From NCBI GenBank assembly GCA_013416795.1, contig RQSC01000020.1, forward strand, positions 1 through 40,546: 40,546 nucleotides of DNA, in the 5' to 3' direction. Shown here piece by piece: positions 22,028 through 32,000 of the stretch (the stretch's first letter is position 1; the number at the start of each line of letters is the position of its first letter). The translations under genes were made by a program, and so were the position numbers. This DNA is from Prasinococcaceae sp. CCMP 1430. Lineage: Eukaryota; Plantae; Prasinodermophyta. Below the pieces are notes generated by a model. It was given only the letters and a program-made list of their open reading frames with translations. It had not been told where the DNA came from and did no database searches.

Positions 22028-23494
22028 ATGGCGGGCACCGTGCGCCCGTCTGTGCTCGACCGCGTGGGCGAGGAGATCCAGAGTGTCGTCGTGCCCGTGT
22101 CGATATGCATGGCGATGACGGTCGCGCTCGTGCGCTACTTGATGCCGCACGGTGCGGCGGGCGCCAGCGGTGTGGCCATTGCCACGGTGTACTACCACGA
22201 GAAGGCCTCGGACTCGGCGGGTACCAAGTTCGAGGGGTCGCTCATCAACAGCCTCATCTTCATTGGAATCATCGGCTCGATGACCTTCGTGCTCTTCCTC
22301 CTCTTCAAGTACCGCTGCACCAAGGTCATATATGGCTATTTCGGCTTCGCGGGCTTCTCCATCTTTGCTGTGCTCGGGGGCAGCGTAGCCCTTGGCGTGC
22401 TCATCAAGGCGGGCGTTGCCATCGACGTCTACACGTTTGCGCTCGTGCTGTACAACTTCTCTGTGGGAGGCGTGCTCTTCACGTTCTACCTGCCGGGACC
22501 ACTGGTTGTCAAGCAGGGCTACCTGGTCTTCGTTGGCACCATAGTGGCCTTTTGGTTCACCAAGATTCCCGAGTGGACGACGTGGATGCTGCTGGCGGCC
22601 ATGTCGCTGTACGACTTGTGCGCGGTGCTGCTACCAGGAGGGCCGCTCAAGGTACTCGTCGAGCTCGCCGAGGAGCGCGACGAGGACATTCCTGCTCTCG
22701 TATATGAGGCGCGCCCGACGTCGTCCACGCGCTCGACCGCCGAACTTCGCCAACAGAGAGAGCACGCAGAGAGACGCAGGCAACAACAGCGGCGGGCGCG
22801 ACAACAGGGCGGGCACACAGGCGGTGCGAGACGAAATGCGAGTGTGGGTGTAGAGGAGGAGGACGGTGTGGGTGCAGAGAATTCTAGGACGGTGCGCCCA
22901 GACGTTTCTGGTGAGGGTGCTCCGGCGGGCGGCGCGGAGGGTGCTTGGACAGCGCCAACGGCCCTCGGTGATGCGGCTGCTGGAGGGAGCGCTTCGCCAC
23001 CGCCGTCGCCACCATCGGAGGCCGAGGACGCGCAGGATGAAGAGACGCGCCTGCTCCCACCAGCCGACGAGGGAGCGGACGCCGACGCCGGCACGCTCAC
23101 GCCCCCCGCGCGAGTTTCTGCCCGGGGGAGAGGACCGTCGCGGCACGGCCGCGAGCAACAGCGGCGGTCGCAGGATTTGCAGGAAGAGGGCGACGACGAC
23201 GACGACGACGACGACATGATGCTGCCGGACGCAATCAAGCTCGGCCTGGGAGACTTCATATTCTATTCTGTCCTGGTCGGCCGCGCCGCCATGTACGACC
23301 TGTCGACGGTCGTCGCGAGCTACCTGGCGATCGTGGCCGGCCTGGGCGCCACCCTGCTGCTTCTGGCCGTGTACCAGAAGGCGCTGCCGGCGCTGCCCAT
23401 CTCCATCGCGCTGGGGATGGCCTTCTACTTCATCACCCGCTTCGTCCTCGAGCCGTTCACGACCAGCATGTCCACCAGCTTGGTGTGGGCGTGA
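22028..23494 (+). CDS. PSEN: Presenilin (gamma-secretase catalytic subunit), intronless
   Basis: Catalytic YD (SLYDLCAVL) and LGLGDFIFYS (GxGD), the LPALP motif, and a large acidic loop. Confidence 0.95.
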   Translation: MAGTVRPSVLDRVGEEIQSVVVPVSICMAMTVALVRYLMPHGAAGASGVAIATVYYHEKASDSAGTKFEGSLINSLIFIGIIGSMTFVLFLLFKYRCTKVIYGYFGFAGFSIFAVLGGSVALGVLIKAGVAIDVYTFALVLYNFSVGGVLFTFYLPGPLVVKQGYLVFVGTIVAFWFTKIPEWTTWMLLAAMSLYDLCAVLLPGGPLKVLVELAEERDEDIPALVYEARPTSSTRSTAELRQQREHAERRRQQQRRARQQGGHTGGARRNASVGVEEEDGVGAENSRTVRPDVSGEGAPAGGAEGAWTAPTALGDAAAGGSASPPPSPPSEAEDAQDEETRLLPPADEGADADAGTLTPPARVSARGRGPSRHGREQQRRSQDLQEEGDDDDDDDDMMLPDAIKLGLGDFIFYSVLVGRAAMYDLSTVVASYLAIVAGLGATLLLLAVYQKALPALPISIALGMAFYFITRFVLEPFTTSMSTSLVWA

Positions 23495-23711
23495 AAAACA
23501 AAAAGGCAAAAAATGATTTTTTAATAATGAATTTAGGGCACCTCTAGAGACCGGACACAGGCGCACCACGCCCCTGCCCAGCGCCTCGTGCGCGCCCTGG
23601 GGTACCGCGAGCGGGCCGCGGGGGCTCACCCGCGCGCTCGCGATCCCTCATATTATGCGGTGGATGGTACAAGTACATGCGCAGCGGCCGCCGTCACGAG
23701 CACGCCTCCGG

Positions 23712-24019
23712 TCACTTGGCGCCGCCGGCTGCCCACGGCCTCAGCGCGCCCTCCGGTGCGGGCCCGCGCTGCACGTACGGCTTGAGCGCGAAGCCCTCCA
23801 GGTCTGGCACGACGTAGTCCGGCAGCTTCTTGGGATTGACCCTGAACCCGCCTTTCTTCGTGGTGGAGCCCACCGACTTCACGCCCTTGCCCTTGTAGTA
23901 GCCCTTGGGACCCGTCTTGCCCGTGAGCTGCGTGCGCGTGCGCCGCACAAAGTGGCGCCCGCGCGCGAGCAGCGCCGACGCGGCGCCGCCGAGCAGGCCG
24001 GCGTACTCGCGCGGCGCCC
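23712..24019 (-). CDS. MRPL41: Mitochondrial ribosomal protein mL41; start lost at N24020
   Basis: LTGKTGPKGYYKGKGVKSVGSTTKKGGF.V...KLPDYVVPDLEGFALKPYV matches the mL41 (MRP-L27) family. Confidence 0.9.
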
Positions 24020-24020
24020 N

Positions 24021-24170
24021 TATCATGACGAGGCTGAACTTGTCTCGCTTCCACCTCGGGAGCATCGCCTGCGCGGCCTCTGGCGAATCGTCGAGCCCCG
24101 TGAGCGTGCCATCCACTCGCAGCTTGCTCCCGACCTTGGTGATAGCATACGTGTCGTGCGGCGCGTGAGC
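24021..24170 (-). other. Isolated ANKRD13-like (GPCR-chaperone domain) coding fragment next to a gap
   Basis: APHDTYAITKVGSKLRVDGTLTG resembles the ANKRD13 motif P.DTY.I.K.G..LR.D.TL.G. No start and no rest of gene; abuts N24020. Confidence 0.5.
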
Positions 24171-24436
24171 AGCGCAGGGCGGCGTGGCGCCGCGCGCGCG
24201 GGTGCGTGGGTGGGTCGGTGGGGCATGTGCGCGCGCTGCGTTCGGTCGGCGGCGGCGGGAAGCGGCGCAGCGCATCTCAGCGCGGCGTGGCGCGGCGCGG
24301 ACCCGTGCTCCGTCAGGCCTTCCTCCGCGCCTGGAGGCGCCATTGGTGGAGTGAGGGACGCCTGCTGACTCAATCTCGCTCGTGCGTGCCCGCCTGCGCT
24401 CTGCGCGCGCACATGCGCTGCGTCGCGCGCCTGCAG

Positions 24437-27400
24437 TCCGAAGTTCTACCGATGGGTGAGCGAGCGGTACCCGCTGCTCAACCAGCCCCTAACTCGACTG
24501 GGCGCTCCCGAGGTCGACAACTTTTACCTCGATATGAACGGCATCGTCCACAACTGCACGCACGGCCCCGACACCGACATCAACAGCCGGCTGACGGAGG
24601 AGCAGATGATGCTGAAGATCTTCGCATACCTTGAGCGCATGTTCGACCTCATTCGTCCCAAGAAGCTCGTGTACATGGCCATCGACGGCTGCGCGCCGCG
24701 CGCCAAGATGAATCAACAGCGCTCGCGTCGCTTTCGCTCGGCTAAGGACGCCGCGGAGGCGGCCGAGGCGCAGCGGCGCAGCGGCGAGGCTGTGCCCGAG
24801 GGCCAGCCTTTCGACAGCAACTGCATCACGCCGGGCACGGACTTCATGGTGAGGCTAAACGCACACCTCAAGTGGTTCATCCGCAAGAAGGTCGGCAGCG
24901 ACCCGCTGTGGCAGTCGCCGCAGATTATCCTGTCAGGCCACGACGTGCCTGGCGAGGGCGAGCACAAAATCATGGAACACATCCGCTGCGCGCGCGCGTC
25001 GCCGCACTGGAAGCCAAACCAGCGCCACTGCCTGTACGGTCTCGACGCGGACCTCATCATGCTCGGCCTCGTCACGCACGAGCCTCACTTCTGCCTGCTG
25101 CGCGAGAAGGTGCGCTTCGGAGGCGGCTTCAGGGGACAGCCCAATAGGGAGATCTTCGATGCGTCGACCGATCCGGGCGACTCCTTCGTGTTGCTACAGG
25201 TTGGCCTGCTCCGCGACTACCTTGACGGCGAGATGCGCAATGGCCTGGCGTTGGATGCGCTGCCCATGGAGTACAACCTCGAGCACGTCATCGACGACTT
25301 CGTGTTCCTGTGCTACCTTGTCGGAAATGACTTCGTGCCATCACTGCCCACGTTCGACATCAATGAGGGCGCGCTCAACAACCTCATCGACCTCTACGTC
25401 GAGATGCTCCCGTCGCTCGGGGGATACCTCGTCGAGGACGGGGACGTGAAGCTCGAGCGGCTCGAGATGATTCTTGCGCAGCTGGGCGCGCAAGAGGAAG
25501 ACATCCTGGCGGCGCGCGCGAGGGATGCCGAGGCGTTCGCCAACAAACAGGACAGGCGCTCGGGGAGGCGCAGGCCGAAAGAGGTGTCCGACATGACAAT
25601 CGACGAGGAGGCGGACACGAGCGCGATGAAGGACTTCTCCGAGATGTCGAAGGTGCTGATGCCCCGCGCGGAAAACGATGGCAGCGGGGGCGACCTGTCA
25701 GGGGCTGAGAGCGACGGGGTCTCAGACTCGGACATGTCGGACGCGTCCATCTCGCGCATTGCGAGCGAGCCCACCATGATGTCTGAGAATTTTCGCCGGA
25801 TCTTTCTGGAGGGCGGCGAGGGCGAGGGAGGCAAAGGTGCTGTTGACATGTACAAGGAGCACTACTACTCGCAAAAGCTGGGGATCGATCCAAACAACCC
25901 GGAGGAGGTCGCACAAGTGGCGCACGACTACCTGGAGGGGCTCATTTGGGTGTTCAAGTACTACTACTGCGGATGCGCGAGTTGGCAGTACTTTTATCCC
26001 CACCACTACGCTCCCCTGGCGTCCGATCTGAAGAATCTCACCGCGCGCAAGATCGAGTACGTCAAGTCGGAGCCGTTCTACCCCTTTCAGCAGCTGCTCA
26101 GCGTGATGCCAGCCGGCAGCGCGCACCTTCTGCCGCGCGCGTATCGCCCACTGATGTGCGAGGAGAGCAGCCCCATTAGAGACTTCTACCCCGAGGACTT
26201 TCCGATCGACTTCGAAGGCAAGCGGAACGACTGGGAGGGCGTGTGCCTCGTCCCCTTCATCGACGCCTCCAGGCTCCTCGAGGCGGAGCGCACAATTGAT
26301 CCCTCGCTGCTGTCAGCTGCCGAGAAGGAGCGAAACGTGCGCTCGCTGCCGCAGCTCTTCCAGTACGACGAGTCTGTCACGAGCGACGTCTGCCCGTCGC
26401 CGTCCACGGACGGCGCGTCCAAGTACATGCCCGCCATCCACGGCAGCAAGTGCGCCGTCTTCACGCTGCCCCCGTACCCCGCCGAACAGCCGCCTTTGCG
26501 CCCGATGCTCGCCAAAGGCACGTCTGTCGGCGTGCGCTCACCGGCGGGCTATCCGACGCTGCGCACGCTGCAGTGCGACATGCGGCGTGAGATGGCCGCG
26601 GTCAATGTGCTCGGGACTGCCAGCAAGAAGGACAGCGTAATCGTGCGCCTTGACCAGGTGGCCGAAAGCCTGAAGGTTGCGACAGCCGAGGCGGTGGCGC
26701 AGGCGACAATGGGTCAGCGCTGCTTCGTTGAGTGGCCGTACCTGCGCGAGGCGCTCGTGGTGGCCGTGAGCGATGCCACGCAGAAGATCACACCCGCGGG
26801 CAAGCAGGTTTTCTCTCACGAGCAGGCCATTCAGTGGAAGAAAGACTGCCAGGGCATCCACCGGGACTTCCGGGTGGGGCGCGGCACCGATGTGGGCGTG
26901 ATCAGTGTGATGCTTCACGTGCGCACCTGCGTTGGGCTCAAGACGCAGCTCGATGGCAGCCAGGTGAAGACGTTCGACGACGCTGAGGGGCTCTTCCCGC
27001 TCCAGGTCACGCTGCGCAAGCACCCAGCCCCTGACATGCGGCGCAGCGAGCGCGCACAGCCGACCGAGGAAGAGGCCAAGCAGGCGCTCCCAACGGGCAC
27101 CAATGTGGTTTTCCTAGGCGAGTCGCACTTCGGTTGCTCGGCCACAGTCACTGACAGCCCGGATGCCACGAGGCAGAGTGCGACCACCCTGACCGTTGCC
27201 ATCCAGCCACCGGCTATCGCGCTGCCGAAGAAGGGCGCTACGCAGCGCCTGGCCAAGTCGATCGAGACCAGGTTTGAACCTGCCCACGTCGCGAGCAAGC
27301 GCGCCAAGTGCAATGGCATGGAGTTTGGGCGCGTGACTTCGACCATCTTCGTCCAGCTTGCGGAGGATCCAGACGAGAGCGGCAATTCCTTTGGTGGCAA

Positions 27401-29048
27401 GCGCGTAGACCTGGGCCTGGGCCTGAAGCACGGCGCCAAGCAGGCATACGTGCCCGGATATGTGAGGCCAAAGCCAGGCACTGGCCTTGACGGGGAGAAG
27501 ATGCAATGGGAATACTCGGACAAGGCCGTGCAGCTCGTGGCGGCGTACAAGCGTGCCTACCCGTGGCTCTTCAACGCGCTCTGCGCGTCGGACGACCTGA
27601 AAATGAGCGCCGAGGACCTGTTCCCTGGCATGGACCCCTTGATGGCCAATGCGCAGGTTCAGAACGCGCAGAAGTGGGTCAAGGCCCAGCCTGTCAATCG
27701 CCGCAAGCTTGTGGGTCTCGAGGTCAAGCTGGCATCAGACGAGGCCATCGCGGCGATCGAGGCGTCCATTCCGCAGTCGCCGTTGCTGCCCCCACCGGTA
27801 CTGGTTGAGAACGTCAAACCCAAGCTGCTCCTATGCGCTCCAGAGAAGGGCAAGGCCGACACGGTCGCCGCCGGTGGGGCGATGGGCCTAGGCGACCGCG
27901 TGGTCTTCGTCGGTGGGCTCTCCGACACGGGTAGCGTGTCGATTCCCTTCGGTGCCTGCGGCACTGTGGTGGGCCTGTATGGGGACAAGCACGTCGATCT
28001 GCTACTTGACGTGCCGGTAGCAGGTGCGAGCGACCTGTCGGGGCGCTGCTCGAAGGGGAGGGGCTTGCTCGTTTCGAGCTCATGCCTCCTGAATGTGTCG
28101 CGGCCTGCCTTCGCTGTGACATCGGCGAACGCGCATTTGAAATCAGGGGGCCAGGCGCCCACCATCGCCCCGGCCGCGTCGCAGTGGGTGGCACGCCAGG
28201 CGCGGCAGGCGGCGAGCGTGTCCACGGCTGCGGCAGCCGCAGTTGAAATGGCCGCGGCCGTCGCGCCAAACGCGATGGCAGCGGCGGCTGCCGCTGCTGC
28301 CGCGGCCTCGGCGGCGACACAGGCAAACGCCAAATCCTCTGCGCCGGCGCAGAAGGTTAAGGGTGCGGGAGCGAAGGGCACCAAAAGCGAAGTCGAGGAC
28401 GCCAAGACGGCGGCGGCAGCGGCCATCATGGGTAGCCTCATGGGGGGTGCCAACGGCGCCAAGGGCGCAGCGCCCGCCGATGCGGCGAACTTCTGGAAGA
28501 ACCTGCAGACGCAGGCGGGCGCTGCGCCGACCGCCCCCGCAGCGCCCGCTCCTTCCGCGGCGACCACCGAGGCTGACGCCTTTTGGAAGTCGTTGCAGGC
28601 GCAAAACGATGGCGCGGGCGCGCCCGCCTCTGCGCCGGTGCCCTCCCCCGCGCCGCCTCCGAAGCCCTCGGCTGCACTGCTGAAACCGCAGGTGATCACC
28701 GGCGCGGCGCGGCCAGCGCCACCGCCGAAGCGCACCGCAAAGCCTGCTCAGCGCGGCGGATTCCAAGGCGACTCGAGGAAGCTCGATGCTGGGGAGCACC
28801 CCAGCGGCGAGGACGTGGAAACGCGCGCCGAGCGCTTGGAGGACATCGACTCGGAATGGATGCAACCTACCGAGCACAACCCGGCCAACCCGAAACTCGG
28901 GGAGGGTGCCAGCATGAGCTGGCAGCAGGAGCACCTCATGGAGGGTAAGTCGGAGACCGACTTCCACGCCGAGATGGATGCGCGCCGCGGTGGCGGGCGC
29001 GGGAGGGGACGCAGCGGTGGGCGTGGCAAGGGGGGCGACCGTTCGTAA
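24437..29048 (+). CDS. XRN1: 5'-3' exoribonuclease XRN1 type (~1540 aa); first micro-exon (M-G-V/I) not found
   Basis: After a ctgcag acceptor: PKFYRWVSERYP, DNFYLDMNGIVH, AIDGCAPRAKMNQQRSRRF, PGEGEHKIM, GLDADLIML, GNDFVP. C-terminal XRN1-specific domains are present (VEWPYLREA; DLGLGLK...VPGY...WEYS; LGDRVV...G.G.VVG...DL.GRC). Confidence 0.93.
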
Positions 29049-29061
29049 TATTAAGACCCAC

Positions 29062-32000
29062 TCACTTCCAGCTGCGCGGGCCGCCGCGCCTGCCCCTGTG
29101 GTGTGGGCGCACGAGGGGGGCACCGCCGCGCTCTGTCGCCCAGTTGTTGACGGTCCGCGCCGGTAGCGCATCGCTGCCGTGCCGTCCATCGCCGCTGGTG
29201 CTGCGTTGGGACTGCGAGCCCAAGGTGATATCGGACACATCGTCGTCCGTGTTGTCGTTGTGAGTCGTGCTCGATAGCAACGGCTCCTCGTCCATGTACA
29301 CCTCGCCCTGCCCCAGGTGTACAGAGGGGCCGTGCACGCCACGCTGCGTCGACACGCCGCCGCGCGGCGCGCGGACGACGTGCTCGTGCGGCACAGCCAA
29401 AGTCTTGAACCTCTGCAACCTGGCCGTGGGGTCAGTCATCTTTTCCCTTTTGGCGATCGCCCTGGACGCGCGCGTGCGCCTCGACTGCGCCCTGTAGAAA
29501 GCCTCGGCGGTGGCTTGAGAGGTAAAGCCCCACTCGCTCTGCACCTTCTCAACCTTCTTGTCGCGCCGATCGCTGAGTAGACGCTGGCGCTCCTGATAGG
29601 CCTCTGTGGCGGGGACGCCAAACGCCTGCGTGAGGCGCAGCGGCGATGCGCCGCTCGCATCCGAGGGAGCGTACGAAGCCGACGGCCCTAGCGACGACGC
29701 GTCGCTGTCCCCAACTTGTGCCACACCAGGCACATCGGGTGCGCCCTCCGGACGGGCCTCATCGATCCATGCCTTCGCGGCGCGGCGTGTCTCCTCTCTG
29801 CGCGCGAAAACACCCGCTTCGATGGCCGCGGAGCGTTCGGCCTCAAGGATGACATCAGACGTGGCGCCCATCGCGCGCGCGGAGATCGACGAGACTGCGG
29901 AGGGCTCCTGGGGCTGCGCTTGCGCGAGCTGGAGGGTGGGGAGCGTGACCATGCCGCTCGCAAGTGGCGATAGGGCGGCGTGCTGATCCGCTTCAGTGTC
30001 CGGTCCGAAGTCGAAGCCCTCTGGCGGCATGTACATGGCCTCGTCCACCTCGTCGTAGGCGAACTCGTCCTCGTCTACGAACTTGGCCGCCTCCAAGGCA
30101 TGGGCGATGCGCCTGCGCACCGCGCGGCCTCTGATTGCCGCCTGTATCCGCCTCGCGGCCGAGTGCTGGCGCAATACAGCCTCGTGTCGTAGTGCACAAA
30201 GCGCTTGCGATCGCCGCGTTGTCGTGCCGCGCCAGTGTGCCTGGATGGTCGCTGCGGCGTGGTGCAGGCGCTGGCGAGACGCGAGCAACGCGCGCCAAGC
30301 GCGCTGCACTCGTGCTGCGGCCAGCGAGCGCACGCGCAACACTCGCGCGGCGTACGCGCATCCCGCATCGCCACCTGTACGAATCAGCCTCGCCTGGACA
30401 TCGGCGAAGCGCACACCGCCGACCGCGCCCTCCGCTATGTCGCCCAACGTGCGAGCCTGCACGTGCAGCACCTCGCGAGCAGCTGTGCATTCTGCCGCCT
30501 GCGCTGCCAGCGGGCCAAAGCCCTCAAGCAGGCGCGAACCACGCGCAGCAACCGCTGCTACACCACGCTCGCGCGCTCGAGCGCACTCAGAGCGCTGGAC
30601 GCGCACCAGTCCGCGGAAGCTCGTGGCGTGCCAGTGTTCAGACACAGCGCGCCGCCACGCGCATGCAGCGGACGCCCTCTCCATGCTCGCGCCGGGCTCG
30701 CAGTACTCGGCGAAATCCGCGCAATCCGCGGGTGCGCTAGTGAAACCGCATCCCTCAGGCGCCAGTGCACGCTCGGCGCCTGTGAGCGCCCATCCTGCGC
30801 GCGACACGGCCGCCACTGCACCCGTGCCGCCACACACGCTCAGATTCAACGCTGGGGTGTGCGTGTCGGCCAGTGTCACTCCGACTCCTGCCATTCCCTT
30901 GCCGGCATTGACGCCTGCAAGAGCCTCGGCGCCGGCAAGGAGTTCGTTGTCGAGTTCTTCTAGCTGAGGAAGCAGTGCGCGGGCAACCGCGCGATACCCT
31001 GCCTCGCCCGCCACCGGATTGTCGCCCAGATGCAGTACACGGAGGGCAGCGCACGGTGCGAGGCGCGCGAACGCGCACACCGCGCCCTCTGAGAGCGCGT
31101 TGAAGGAAGCGTCCAATTCGCGCAGGCATGGCAGGCGCTCGGCGAACCGCAGCGAGCTCAACGAGTTGTCGCTCACTCGCAGCACTTCCAGTCGTGGTAG
31201 TGGCGGCAGCGTGAGAGCGCCCGACAGGCGGTTGCCGGTTAGGCGCGCCTCGCACAGCACCGAGTGCGCCCCGCAGGCGAGCGCTGCTGGCAGCTCTGCC
31301 AGCGCGTTGTGGCTCGCGTCGAGGTACGTCAACATGGGTGGGAGGCCTTCGCCCAAGTCCGCCAGTCGGTTGAGCGAGACGTCCAGATGCTGCAGGCGCC
31401 GAAGCTTGTCGAGGCGCGCACTCCGAAGTGTGGTGAGTGCGTTGCCGCTCGCGACGAGCCGCTCGAGGGCCGCGCAGCGCTCCGCTCCAGCCATCGAGGA
31501 CAGCGCGTTCCCAGAGGCGCTTAGCACGCGCAGATTGGGCAGGGTACCCAGCCCGTCGAGGTTCGTGAGAGAGTTGTTGTCGAGGCAGAGCACCTGCAGG
31601 TTGGCCAGTGGCGCGAGCGGCTCCGCCGAGGTAATGCGGTTGTCCTTGAGCGAGAGCTCTCGCAGGGCCACGCAGCGCCCCAATCCACGCAGTGCGTTGG
31701 ACGTGAGCATGTTCACATTGAGGATGAGACTCTCCAGCGACGTGCACGCCCGCAGCGCAGACACGCCACAGAGCGATTCGAGGCCCAAATCGAGCGCGAT
31801 GACGCCGCCAACGGCGCCCGCGCCACCCGCCGCACGAGCAAGCGCATCGGGGCTTAACTCAATGCCGCCGGTGATCGCGCCGGCGCTCCCTGCACTCTTT
31901 TTCGCATCATTCGAGTGCGTGCGCGCGGGGGGGCATTCAAATGCGGGGCTTGGCGGGCGAGCAGTGGCTGCGTTCGATCGCGCGTGCAGCACCTCGTCGC

